Positions 1-12,454 of a stretch of DNA of 64,000 nt are shown in pieces. Position numbers and translations under genes: made by a program. The DNA comes from Octopus bimaculoides (Eukaryota): NCBI RefSeq assembly GCF_001194135.2, contig NC_068982.1, positions 123,562,690 to 123,626,689 on the forward strand, read 5' to 3'. The number at the start of each line of letters is the position of its first letter. The stretch's first letter is position 1. The notes beneath the pieces were generated by a model. That model saw only the letters and a list, made by a program, of their open reading frames with translations, had not been told where the DNA came from and did not search any database.

Positions 1-436
1 ATCTCTCTTTCTCTCTCTGTGAAAGTATCTGTCATTACAGTATCGAAATGTGATTGTTTCAGTTAGTGGAATAGTTTCATTTTTAAAGTGAAAGTATTTG
101 ACATGAGTGTTTTTGTTTCACTTTTGACACGTAATACTTAAATAGTGGAGGAGATATTATGTTGCCATGTGCTCGAACTCTGCAAGAAGTTAAAAAATGT
201 TTTTGACTAAAACACAACTGGAACCCTAAGTAAGGCATGTGTAAAATTTGAATGAAATTGATTGCGTAGTTCTCGAGTTTTAAGGGATTCACACACACAG
301 ACAGACAAACAGACAGACACACATTCTCATTTTTATATATATAGATGATGATCCATTAACAAGTGAAATAGCAGAGATCTATAGATCTAGCTTAACTAAA
401 GCTGTACTGTTAGTTATTAAGATGGGAGAAAATGAG

Positions 437-648
437 TTACTCTTTTACTTGTTTCAGTCATTTAACTGCGGCCATGCTGGAGCACCACATTTAGCCAAAC
501 AAATCAACCCCAGGACTTATTCTTTGTAAGCCTAGTACTTATTCTATTGGTCTCTTTTGCCAAACCGCTAAGTTACGGGGATATAAACAAACCAGCACCA
601 GTTGTCAAGTGATGTTGGGGGGACAAACAGACACAAACATATATACAC

Positions 649-703
<55 letters not shown>

Positions 704-869
704 TAAAACGAGCTTCTTTCAGTTTCTGTCTACCAAATCCACTCACAAGGGTTTGGTCGGACTGAGGCTATAGTAGAAGACACTTGCCCAAGGTACCACG
801 CAGTGGGACTGAACCCAGAACCATGTGGTTGGTAAGCAAGCTATTTACCACACAGCCACTCCTGCGCCT
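437..869 (-). mobile_element. tRNA-derived CORE-type SINE, family A, full length
   Basis: On the minus strand: head AGGCGCAGGAGTGGCTGTGTGG (A box), GGTTCAGTCCC (B box), CORE-like TTGGGCAAGTG, internal (TA)n and AGTAAAAG tail. Near-identical to the copies at 13570 and 56366. Confidence 0.9.
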
Positions 870-929
870 TATAGAAGGTTGATTTTGATATCTGACTACA
901 CCTGTAACTTGAAGGTATGCCATGATACC

Positions 930-1245
930 TCTTCATCACCATCTTTCTTTCTCTCTCTTTCCAATTAGAGTAACCATGTGTCTTCTCTACTGCAAGACAC
1001 CTGTTTCTGTCCCTCTATCATACTTTAATCTCTCTTCATATGGCATAAAGCCACCTTCCTAAATACTACAGTCCCACCCAATTGTCTCACAAGGTACTTG
1101 GTAACCTTACTTGTGCTTGTGACAAATAAAATGCACCAAGTACACTTTCTGAATTGGTTGACATTAGGATAAGCATTTGGAGCTTGGTACAGCCCTTTGG
1201 ATAGTCAGCTTCTGTTGACCTCTAGTCAGCATGGAAAAACATTAA
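930..1245 (+). mobile_element. Degraded RTE-LINE 3' UTR/tail fragment
   Basis: Resembles 8380-8778 and ends in CAGCATGGAAAA..ATGAT tail. Confidence 0.5.
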
Positions 1246-1463
1246 TGATTTCTAATTTAGGCACAAGGCCAGCTTGTTCAAGAGAGAGGGGATAAGTCGA
1301 TTATATCGACCCCCCCCCCCCATATTCAGCTTATTTTATTGACTCTGAAAGGATGGAAGGCAAAGTCAACTTCAGCAGCATTTGAACTCAGAACGTAAAG
1401 ACAAATGAAGTGCCACAAAGAATTTTGCTTGGCGTGCTAACGATTCTGCCAGCTCGCTGCCTT
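1246..1463 (-). mobile_element. tRNA-derived SINE, family D
   Basis: Minus-strand head GCGAGCTGGCAGAATCGTTAGCACGCC and B box GAGTTCAAATGC. Homologous to 51405-51615. Confidence 0.8.
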
Positions 1464-1535
1464 GGTAAGTTAAACAATAACGATGATCATCATCACTTAT
1501 GAGCTATTTGGGAATGAGTGAGAAAGTCTGACTGC

Positions 1536-1538
<3 letters not shown>

Positions 1539-1600
<62 letters not shown>
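1539..1600. repeat. (GA)n microsatellite
   Basis: About 30 GA units. Confidence 0.97.
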
Positions 1601-2424
1601 TTGGAATGTCTAGAGAGGCTTGAGGTTCACTTTGGTGTACATTGTTTGAGTATAATAGATGAAACATTATCAGAGATGGTGACCTTGCTGGTGGTTTGCT
1701 TTCACATGATGTGCGTTTGTATCTGTGGTGGTGAGCTTGGTGGTGTGGAAAGGGACTTTATTTTTCATAACAACAATTCTGTTTACTTCTTACAAGGAGG
1801 AGTGTGAATACAAGGACAGATTCAAATTGCAAGTCTTGACTTGTCTAGAATAATTACCTGTAAAATTGCTAATAATAAAATATTTGTTTGCCATCTTTCT
1901 TTTGTTGCTTGAATATCTGTTATCATAAAACAACTCCAATTACTACTCTACTAAGCTCAAAATAGCCATCATAACAATTAACAAATAACATAGAAAGAAA
2001 CATTAAAGAACAATAAGGACTAAAAAGAATGTCACTTGTTTTTGCATTGTTAAATCTGCACAAAAAGAAATCAGTTACAAACAAATGGCAAAAAAGTAAA
2101 TAAATAAAAATATAAAGTAGACCTTTTAGAGTTGAGTAATTAAAAAGAAATAGATTGTCTTTTTATATTACCAGCTACCGCTGTGGAGTAGGATAGTGAC
2201 TGTTTATTACAATTAATACTGTTGGTAACATCAGTACTACAAAAGATGCCTTGTCTGTTTTTCATTAATTTGTACATTTCCTGATCCAGCAAATTTCTTG
2301 AGGCTTGGGCTGGTTTTTCTTCTATTGTCATTGTTATTGTTGCTGTTGTCTCTGCCACTGCTCCCACTGGCACCACTGCCATGGCTGATGCCACCACCTC
2401 TGCCATCATTGCTGTCATAGGCAT

Positions 2425-2660
2425 TGTTATTCCAATGTCCATTTTTCCAAGCTTGCATGGGTCAGATAGAATCTCTTATGGTAGATTTTATTTTCTATGA
2501 CCGAACATCCTTCCTGTTGCCACCTTCATCTGTTTCTAAGGAAGGTAATATTTTCTCATGGCCAGACATGTTTTTCATGGGAAACTGGAATTAAACAACT
2601 TCACTTGTATGACAGTGATGCTCATTTACAACCATTACATGATTTCAAGACAAGGGCACA
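2425..2660 (-). mobile_element. SINE family E 3' half (RTE-like tail)
   Basis: Homologous to 6298-6530, 26830-27060 and 49823-50030. Confidence 0.7.
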
Positions 2661-2693
2661 CATAAATATAAAATACACAGAGGAAAAAACATA

Positions 2694-3833
2694 GGAAATA
2701 TAAGAAAATTTGTTGTTGAAAATGCACCTGAATTTGAAAAACTTGTAATTGTTTTTAAATAAATTTATTTACATACATACCAAACTAGTTTCAACAATAT
2801 TTTTTGTTTATCGATGGTAAAACTTAAAATAGCGAGGTAGGAAAACATGGTTAAAAGGTTCAATGTTTACAAGATTCAATAATATAAAAAATGTGAATCG
2901 TCTTGTTTAAATGCACAAAATTCAATAGTGTTAGAAGTGATCGATAAGAAATGTGGATCACCAAAGGTTTGGTCATCCTGATGAGTTAAGAGGGGGAAAA
3001 AAAAAAACAAAGGCGAAATGGAGATAGAAAAAAATGAGTTTTGTTACAGTTTCTGTGGTTCATTTTCCATCATGTGCAGGCGTTTTTTGGAATTCAGTGT
3101 ATTTATAATTTTTTTCCACGAATGGATCTGATTTTTGACTCGTTAAAGTACTGATGATGTCTTATTTTTCTGGTGGTCAAGTTTGTTGCTGTGCCTGGTT
3201 GACTTCCCTGTGGGGAATGGTCAACTTCAGTAAATACAACAAAATGACCCTTTAAGAGAATCAACCAACTGGAACAGCCAACCAGGCAGAATGACAAACT
3301 TGACTACCAGAAAAGTAAGACATCAACAGTACTTTAATAAATCAAAAATCAGATCCATTCATGGAAAAAAATTATAAATACACTGGATTCCAAAAAATGC
3401 TGTTACAAGCAAAAATCTCTGCACATGACTGAAAAAGAATCACAGAAACTGTAACAAAACCCCTTTTTTTTTTGTACTATCTTCATTTCCCCCTTGTTTT
3501 TCTCCCTCTTAACTCATCAGTATGACTGAACCTTTGGTGATCCACATTTCTTATCAATCACTTCTAACACTATTGAATTTTGTGCATTTAAACAAGATGA
3601 CCCACATTTCTTATATTATTGAATGTTGTGAACATTTAAATCATATTTGATATTATTGAATCTTGTAAACATTGAACCTTTTAAATATTTTTTTCTACTT
3701 CGCTATTCTAAATTTTTACCATTGATAAACAAAAAATATTATTGAACCTAGTTTGGCATGTATGTAAATAAATTTATTTAAAAACAATTACAAGTTTTTC
3801 AAATTCAGGTGCATTTTCAACAACAAATATTCC
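2694..3833. mobile_element. Foldback/MITE-like 1.14 kb palindrome
   Basis: Arms 2694-3201 and 3279-3833 are diverged reverse complements around a 77 bp spacer. Flanked by TA on both sides. Confidence 0.85.
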
Positions 3834-4284
3834 TATATATATGATCCTTTTCACATCTATTTCTTCAAACAAGTTTGGCAGGACAGCACTAAAACAATGC
3901 TTCAGAATGGCAATTTCACTGGCCCTACAACTCACCATCCATAGATGACATGTGGATGCCACACACACTGAGCTAAGACATGCACTTGAAGTTGAGATAC
4001 TTTTAGAAAACAACTCAGGTTTGGTTACAATTGTGGCTTAGAGACATTCAGCCATAATCACTCAGAGACAGTCTGGTACCATTGCTCAATGAAGCTAGTG
4101 TGCAAACTGTTAGTCTGATCCTGCAGTTCCTCTCACACTGGATGGGATAGCTATAGCTGAATTGGTGAAAGCATCAGTAGTGATGGACAATGTGTAAGCA
4201 TGTAACTGCCATGCACTAAATTCCTGACAATTCAGGGTGCTACATATATGCTATACAACAGAATAAAACTAACATTATGCAATA

Positions 4285-4382
4285 AGCTTCTTTCAGTTTC
4301 TATCAACCAAACCCATTCACACAGCTTTGGTTGACCTGGAACTATACAGTAGGAGACACTTGCCCAAGGTGCTGTGCAGTGC
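4285..4382 (-). mobile_element. SINE A/E CORE fragment
   Basis: GCTTCTTTCAGTTTC...GACACTTGCCCAAGGTG matches family A. Confidence 0.7.
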
Positions 4383-6297
4383 ATGTGAGTCTATGTTTGT
4401 TTTCATTGATACTTCTCTGAAAATCACGAGTTACAAGCAATGACTTTGTCATTTTTACTATGAACAAACCATCCACTAGTTCCGTGCTTTAAAAGCTGTA
4501 TGGAATAGGGAAGTCTTTATTAGAAAAATAGATAAGGGTTATCAACAAGAAGGGCATGCAGATGTAAAAACAAAGGCTTAAAAGTTCATTTGTGTAATCC
4601 TTGTAAGCATGGAAATGCAAACTAGGAAATGAATAAACAAATGAATGAATAAATCAACACATTTTGTAATATTAAAAATAGAATTTTGGTTCATGTTGTT
4701 TACAACATGGGTGACTAAGCTGTACAAGGAATGCAATTTAACAAATGAACAAAAAAATACTGCTTTTTTTTTTTGGTGTAATACAATGGTGAAGTATGAG
4801 AGTTGATCAGAAGATATTTTATGAGCTAGACTGCATTGTATCTTACTTGAAGATTAATGACAATTGCACTATTGTACTGCCCAAGCAATATATATCCTGG
4901 TGCAGGTAGCAAAGTTTGTGAGATATATATATGTGTGTGTGTGTGTATGTGTGGAGAGGGAGGGAGAGAGAGAGGAGAAGAAGAAAATTTTGCATATTTT
5001 GACAGTATTGCTGGCATATTGAATGTGCCTTTATGTTATGCATCAATCACATTTACAGTCTTTATGTTCCAGACAACTTTTTGATTGATCTTCACAATCT
5101 TCAACTTAATTTTTTTTCCAACAGGTATTAGATCTGACCTGTTTTTAAATATCAAAAACAAGTATTATATTTACAAAACAAAAAGCGATCAACCATAACA
5201 AATTTAAGATCCATAAAGACTTTATTTTTACAGTCTTACAGTTTGAATTCTGAACACAAAAGTTAGCCAACCCTTCTCCAATCAATATGAAGGAGGGAAA
5301 TGCAAGAAGCTGTCTTGAAAGCAACAAAAGTGGTTTGTGACATGAAAATATAGGGAGAAGAGATATTTTGGCCCATTTATTTGGCATTGCTGATTCAATG
5401 CTGACTTGTTTGACAGCAGTTGTTTTAATGTTTCTCTTGTTCTCTCCTACCTCTCCGTATACTTATGTGTGTGAGAATTTTCTCTTTATGTGTATGAGAA
5501 GAGGAAAAGCATTTAATAAATTGTAATCTCTCTCTCTCTCCTACTCTCTATCTGTGTGTGTACATTTCTATGCACATGTATAAGAGTATGTGTTTTGCCT
5601 CCAGTGTCAAAACAAACTGAATCTCCAGTAAACTGTGCCAAATCATCAGCATCCAAAAAGCTGTGCCCAATTGTCTCATTTCATAAAGTAAATGAGAAAT
5701 GGATTGTAATTTGTTTAGGTCTATATCAATGAGGTCATTAAAAATATGTTTTATACTAGATCATAATTTCAAAGCAGATGAGAATTTCTCAATTTATGGG
5801 TCTTAAAATGCTTGTACCAGAGACTAACCAAAAAAACCTAATCTGTATTCATTCACTACAGTTGGATGTAGAGTGTCATGGTGTCCTCATTTCAAACAAT
5901 ATTTTCTGTGTCTCAAAAGAATACTTCAGTATAGTGATTTGTCCCAGCTTCATTAATTATAATCTAATTTCTAAAAATAAATTTTCACAAATATTTTCCA
6001 GTTTATAAAGTGATTTAAAAATTTTTGCTTTCCACAAAACTTTTGGCTTTTGGAATGAACAGCTTTAATTAAAAAAATTTTAATTCATTTTTTTGTTTTA
6101 AAGTATGAACCTCCAACAAATGTATAAAATACCAGTGATTAATTGTGTGTTTTGTTAATGTTTTATTACATTGTGAGTTTAACCATTTTAATTTTTGTTC
6201 AGTCTTTTTTTCAACAAATGATTTAGTGCAAGACATTATACAAATGATTTAATTTAACAAAGTACATTGTTAATAACTCTTATTCTCATACAATATG

Positions 6298-6626
6298 TCA
6301 TCATCATTTAATGTTCATTTTTCCACGTTTGTATGGGTCAAACAATTTGTTGAGGTAGGTTTTCTATGGCTGGATGCCCTCCCTGTCACCAACCTTTGCC
6401 TGTTTCCAAGCAAGCTAGTATTTCCTTATGGCTGGATATGTTTTTCAGGGAAGACTAGAAACAAACTGTATCGGTTATATGACAGTGATGGTCATTTATA
6501 ACCATCACATACATACATACATGTATTCATGGCAAGCTTCTTTCAGTTTCCACCTACTAATTCCCAGAGCTGTAGTAGAAGACATTAGCCCAAGATGGTG
6601 TGTAGTGAGACCTGAACCTAAAGTAA
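6298..6626 (-). mobile_element. SINE family E (family A-like head/CORE plus (GAT)n RTE-type tail)
   Basis: CATCATCATTT tail, GGATGCCCTCCCTGTCACCAACC body and degraded CORE/head at 6530-6626, followed by (TA)n. Confidence 0.75.
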
Positions 6627-6627
6627 G

Positions 6628-6672
<45 letters not shown>

Positions 6673-7419
6673 AGTTGTATATTTAAAAAGACATTATATA
6701 GACATCCTGGTCGTTGTACAAAACTTAATTTTAGAAGTTAAAACGAGTGTTCATAAACCTCTATCAACCATAATAAATAGATTATATAACAAACAATCAT
6801 TGTAAGCAACTATAAAAATAATACAAATAGTGAAAATAGGATACTGTCCTTTCCATGGAAATACAGTCAATTTAACAATTGCTATTTTCTTCTCACTTAT
6901 GGGAATAAGCGATAAAAGAGATATGAAAAAAAAATTTTATGCTTTTACAAAGGTAAAATATAATAACATGGAGAAATACAGGTAAGTGTAGACATGCCTA
7001 TATGGTGAAGAGGTATCAAGTTTGATTTTATTACATAATATTTTGAGTGAGTATCTTCGACTATAAACTTAGGTTGACAAGTACCTTACTTGTGGAATAT
7101 TATAATCAAAAAAACTGCACAGCAACCTTTTATGTATTTGTGTATGTATGTATGTACTTTTCTCTCCTATGTGCCAAGCATAAATTCTTGTGGTTGCTTT
7201 CATCTCTGCCCATTATGCTACATTATTTGGTGTACCTCAGTCAGTTGGTGATCCCTTGACTCTGTATAAATTTTTGTTGTACAATACAATTTGTACCTAC
7301 CCTTGTAGTTATATATACGTGTACCTGGTTTGTATATTTGTAAACAACTCAGGTGTGATGTATAAATATCAAAAATAATATCCATTTCTTCACAGAGTGT
7401 GGTTTTAATCTATGGACTG

Positions 7420-8778
7420 CTAGGTTATGGGCCCCTACACTTTAACTCTGCAGAAATGAAGGTAGTATGCTCCAGTGGATGTGCAACATCGGTGCACATG
7501 CACAGCAAAGTGCAAATGTATTGAGAGAAAACTTGGGCATAAGAGAAATCAAATGTAGCATGCAAGAGAGAAGACTATGTTGGTTTGGACATGTGATGTG
7601 TATGAATGAGGACAGCTGCATAAAGAAGTGCCTGTCACTGAAAGTGGATGGTATCTGCAGAAGAGAGAGACTCAGGAAGATGAGAGATGAAGTGGTAAGG
7701 ACTGATCTCAGGAAGTTGGGCCTCACAGACGAAATGACAATGGACCAAGATGTCTGGCGATATGAAATTCTTGAGAAGACCTGCCCATGTCAGCGAAACT
7801 GAGCCCTAGAAGCGCTGTGTGTCCCACCCACACTTAACAAAGAAACTTTTCACACACCCTACCACAACAAACCAAACTATGTCTCTTCCTCACATTTACG
7901 CTTCATGCACTATGCTTACCTCCCACTCCTCAATCCTGTCCTCTTGGCCCCGTGTAACTGTACCATTACTCTCCACTTGCCCCCAACCTGTGTATTCCAC
8001 CCACACGTAACAAGAAAACTTTTCCCTTACCCTACCCCAACAAACCAATCTACATCCCCACATCTCTTCTCTTTCTCACATTTCCTCCTTCATACACTAT
8101 GCCTAGCTCTCACTCCCCAATCCTATCCACATGGCCCTGTTCCTCTGTATCATTGCTATCCGGTAGCCCACCAACTCTATATATACCCAGATTTTTCACC
8201 ACTTACTCTCACTCTTTAATCACACTTCCTTCACAATATCCTGCCACTTACATTATGCCCTGGAACTTGCCACCATCTATATCTCTCTCTTCCTTTATTC
8301 AAAAGTCCCATTTATATTCTGATCCCTGTTCCTTGTATGCCTGGCATTTTGCCACCATCTCTCTCTCTCTCTCTCTTCTTCTCCTGCACTTCTCTTAGGT
8401 TGGGTAACCGTGTATTTCCTTTGCAATAGAGCACCTGTTTCTGTCTTCATTCCTGGTCTCTCTCTCTCTGGCTGGGTAACCTTGTACTTCCTCTACAAGA
8501 CACCTATTTGTCTCACTATAAACTTTCATCATCCAACACAAGATCACCTCCTCCCCCACTGAAAGTTTTTTTATTTTTGTCTTGCAAGTACTTGGTGACC
8601 CTGTCAGTGCAGGTGCTACTTAAAAGCACCCAGTCCACACTTTAAAGTGGTTGGTGTTTGGAAGGGCATCCAGCTGTAAAAGACCTTGCCAAAACTGACC
8701 TCGCTTGTGCTTGTGCCACATAAAAAGCACTAAGTCCACTCTGCTAGCATGGAAGGCAGACATTCAACGCTGATGATG
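7420..8778 (+). mobile_element. 5'-truncated RTE-clade LINE (ORF2 C-terminus plus long 3' UTR)
   Basis: ORF 7467-7802 has RRLCWFGHVMCM...KVDGICRRERLRKMRDEVV..DLRKLGL, matching the RTE RRLRWFGHV..GRGRPRKTW consensus. It is followed by a pyrimidine-rich UTR with a tandem duplication and a GCATGGAAGG..GATGATG tail. Confidence 0.85.
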
Positions 8779-8823
8779 CATTATTTCTTTTATTGTCTGA
8801 TCTGGTTTATATTGTTTCTATTA

Positions 8824-9040
8824 CATCATCCATCATCATCGTTTAACATCCACTTTCCATGGGTTGGATGATTTGACTGAGGACTGGCGAACCAGATGGC
8901 TACACCAGGCTCCAATCTGATTTGACAGAGTTTCTATAGCTGCATGCCCTCCCTAACGCCAACCACTCCGAGAGTGTAGTGGGTGCTTTTACGTGTCACC
9001 AGCATGAAGGCCAGTCTAGCGGCACTGGCAATGGTCTCAC
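8824..9040 (-). mobile_element. RTE-type 3' end repeat, family C
   Basis: (CAT)n-CGTTTAACATCCACTTTCCATG..., highly similar to 40482, 42338 and 59994. Confidence 0.85.
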
Positions 9041-9438
9041 ATCATATTTATTTATTATTTTTATGGATTGGATTATTTAAAATGTATGAAATAAAGTAAC
9101 TACTCAATACATACCATAGCACTGGGATATTTACTTACTGGAAGGAGACATTTCACTCTGATGTGTTTTTCTGAATGTCTCTTCATTTGCCATTTTCAAA
9201 TCAGCCAGAAGAAAATCATTTCTACAAATGTTTTCCCAGTACAGTATAGCAAGCAAGCTTGCTAATGTTTAATCATTTGACTTCTACCTGCAAGGCAGGA
9301 ACTAGCTTCTAACAAAGATACAAAACTCCATGATTAGAAAGTTGATAACAAAACAATGTGACATGTTGAACTTGAGTGTTGCATGTTTTTTTCTGTTCTG
9401 CTTATAGAGTATATTTATAATGTGTATATGAACTGGTT

Positions 9439-9825
9439 GGTGGAGGTGCAATGGCCCAGTGGTTAGGGCAGCAGACTCACGGTCATAGGATCGCGGTTTT
9501 GACTCCCAGACTGGGCGTTGTGAGTGTTTATTCAGTGAAAACACCTAAAGCTCCATGAGACTCCGGCAGGGGATAGTGGTGAACCCTGCTGTATTCTTTC
9601 ACCACAACTTTCTCTCACTCTTACTTCCTGTTTCTGTTGTGCCTGTAATTCAAAGGGTCAGCCTTGTCACACTGTGTCACGCTGAATATCCCCGAGAACT
9701 ACATTAAGGGTACACGTGTCTGTGGAGTGCTCAGCCATTTGCACGTTAATTTCACGAGCAGGCTGTTCCGTTGATCGAATCAACTGGAACCCTTGACGTC
9801 GTAAGCGACGGAATGCCAACAACAA
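9439..9825 (+). mobile_element. tRNA-derived SINE, family B, full length
   Basis: A box TGGCCCAGTGG, B-box-like GGTTTTGACTCCC and GCCAACAACAA tail. Closely similar to the inverted copy at 43850-44219. Confidence 0.9.
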
Positions 9826-10771
9826 ATGAGCTGGTCGATTTCGTTTTTGATATTTTTATTGTTAACTCCTCTAGTACTACTGGTACTTTTACTGTTAACT
9901 ACTTCAATAAAGTTGGTACTTTACTGCTAAATACTCCCATGCAGCTGGCACTCTCACTGCTAACTATGACTACATAGCTGGTTTCTTTACTACTAACTAC
10001 TCCCATTTAGCTGGAAAAGATTTTTCATACTTCCTACTCTCGAACATCCAGTGTAAAGCTAACCATGGGTGAAGCAGGGCTCTTCAAGGTGTAAACCACC
10101 AACTGAAAATGTGCCCTTGTGGTTTGTTGATGGTCATGGTAAAACTAAGACTCACTAGAAATTGAAGTTGTTTAAATTGAAATGAGACACCATCTCCTGA
10201 GTCTGTGTGATGGAGGCTCTTGTGCCCTTATTATCTAATCAATACATCCTATGATTGGGTGTCTCCTGGAACTGCGCATGAAAGGCTCATGTTCACATAT
10301 CATCAAGTCTATTCCTTCTCTGTTTGAGTGCCTCCTGAGCTTGTTGCTGACACTTTGTGAGGGTCTTTAGACACTATCACTCTAATGAAATTCTTTACAC
10401 AAACACAAACACATTCAGTGTAAGAGATATACATATGCAGAGGAAGAGTGAGAGAGAGTATGGTAAATATACAGAGGGAGAAGTAAAGTTTACAATGAGA
10501 AAAGCATAAAAGACAAAGTTGATAGACAGATGCATGACTGACTTGCATTACCATGTTATATTGAGAGAGAGAGAGAGAGAGAGAGTGTGGTGAATATGCA
10601 TAGAGAGGGGAAAAATACAAAAGGACAGAGAGAGAGAGAGAGACAGATAGCTAAATTATACTTTGTTATTACTAACTCATAAAACCCTTCTAAAGAGGAT
10701 ACAGATTTCAAAAATCAAATCTGTTTTTCTCTAGGATGCACCGTTTTGAAACCTTTTGGTGACAGACACAT

Positions 10772-11178
10772 ACAAAACACAGTGAGTAGCTTGTTCCCCA
10801 GTTCGAACATGCATCAAACATATTTGAACTGATAATAAGATCGAATAATAAGGTATCACTGCTTAGCACTACCCCTCCATAATTTACTTATGGTGAGCCA
10901 CCATATAGCGCTGCCAGTCATTGCACAATGACTGGAAAAGCATAAGAGCTAATCTCTTAATTCAGCTCGCACCTCCGTCTGCTTAGTGTCTGTGACCGAT
11001 GAAGAGACAACTACTCCGAATGTTAACATCTCACAGTCTAGGTAAATAGCACTGCAAGCTGATCTAGGTGTATACACACCATTTGTCAACAAGCGAAATA
11101 TATTCCCCGTGACAAAACACAGTGAGTAGCTTGTTCCCCAGTTTGCATGTGCATCAAACATATCCGGAGTGATAATAA
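10772..11178 (+). mobile_element. Penelope-like pseudo-LTR remnant (partial tandem repeat)
   Basis: 67 bp direct repeats at 10772-10838 and 11112-11178 (first 32 bp identical, both ending GATAATAA) bracket a hammerhead-like fold and a 10 bp hairpin CCAGTCATTG-ca-CAATGACTGG. Confidence 0.5.
10990..11036 (+). ncRNA. Degenerate minimal type I hammerhead ribozyme motif
   Basis: CTGTGA / CCGATGA / AGAG-acaacta-CTCC / GAA / TGTTAACA / TC / TCACAG. Stem I is perfect (6 bp) and stem III is palindromic, but the core carries 3 lesions. Confidence 0.45.
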
Positions 11179-12221
11179 CATTGCAATTTCATTTACCACT
11201 GCTTATATCACTGAAATATATTTATATTTTACTAATCTTGTTAAATTTACTTTTCCTACTATCAACAAACAACTCATTAAAATTAATGATCTTCTTTTCT
11301 CATAAGAAATTCTTTGAGCAACAGTAATGAGAGAGATTGTTTTTTTCTCTCTCTCTTTCTCTCTGGAAGAAATTGGTTACAGAGAAATCTGGAAGGAGAT
11401 GGGCTCCATCAGGCTTAAAATGCTGTAGACATGCTATATGTCACAAAGGTACCCCAATAACTCCTTCAGGTGTTGAGAGCTGAAAAACTTGACAATTAAC
11501 TAATACTTGGGTCTTTGTCTTTAGGCATTTTGAGTTAAGGCTATTCTACCAGTTTGGGGAGTTGTTTCAACAACTCTTTGTCTTATTCTTCAATAAAAAA
11601 TAGATTATTAAGGGTTTCCAAACATATTCAATTCTCAACTTCTGAAATATTACCTCAAAGGCAAATGGTAAAGAGAAGTACCTTAAGTCTCAGTCTTGCT
11701 GTTCAATGGCCAATTTATACTTCAAACTCAACATTTTATTTTCTGGCTGATATTCTATTTCTTTCATTCCAGTTACTTTCTGAACCCTATTTTAAAATTT
11801 GATGGTTGGTAACCATCAAAATTTTGTGTTAAATTATATTCTAAATACTAGCTTTAATAAGGACAAAGTTATTTTACTAAATTCATCATTATTTTCCAAA
11901 TTGATTGAAGCAAAGCTGGTGAATTTCAACAGAAACATAATAATGAAAGGATTTGACTTACTAAAAACAGCACTATTAAATAAAATATATATTTATTGAT
12001 TTCCAAAATAGATGTAATACATTGGGAAAGAGTACAAGTCATCCTACAAACTCCAGAATTAGACTGGTACTTATTTTTTTAACTTCAGGGCAAAAAGCAA
12101 ATTTAACTTACTTTCTGAGATTATCATGGTGACATCCTCAATAGTATCTGACAGTCCATCCATACTTTTCTCATAGAAAAAAAAAGAGAGAGCATCCTTG
12201 ATGGACTGAGTGCCCAATGTA

Positions 12222-12454
12222 CAGCTGTGGTCAAAAGTTTGGAACATTAAAAAAAAAAATCATAATTGTTATGCCCAAGTACAATTTGATTCAAATATAA
12301 CTTTAGGCATTTAATATAAAAATTCTTAATTTTCAGACCTATGTTCCAAACTTCTGATCAAGTAATAATATATTGCAAATTAAATATAACTTTGACTATT
12401 TAATATAAAAATTCTAATTTTCAGGTCTATGTTCCAAACTTTTGGCTACGACTG
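12222..12454. mobile_element. Tc1/mariner-type MITE
   Basis: TIRs CAGCTGTGGTCAAAAGTTTGGAACAT / ATGTTCCAAACTTTTGGCTACGACTG, with TA on both flanks (12220-12221, 12455-12456). Confidence 0.85.

Noticed and set aside
2140-2458. Gly/Ser/Asn-rich minus-strand ORFs resembling an RGG/RS protein
   Set aside because: Degenerate trinucleotide repeat running into a SINE tail; no convincing splice sites.
2978-3018. CTGATGAG...CGAAA hammerhead-like core
   Set aside because: Stems I, II and III cannot be formed, and the partner foldback arm does not preserve it; probably chance.
5590-5700. Minus-strand LDADDLAQ resembling an RT YADD motif
   Set aside because: No flanking RT motifs recognisable; too short to support a call.
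10772-11178. CRISPR-like direct repeats
   Set aside because: Only two copies, 340 bp apart, in eukaryotic DNA; no regularly spaced array anywhere in the window.
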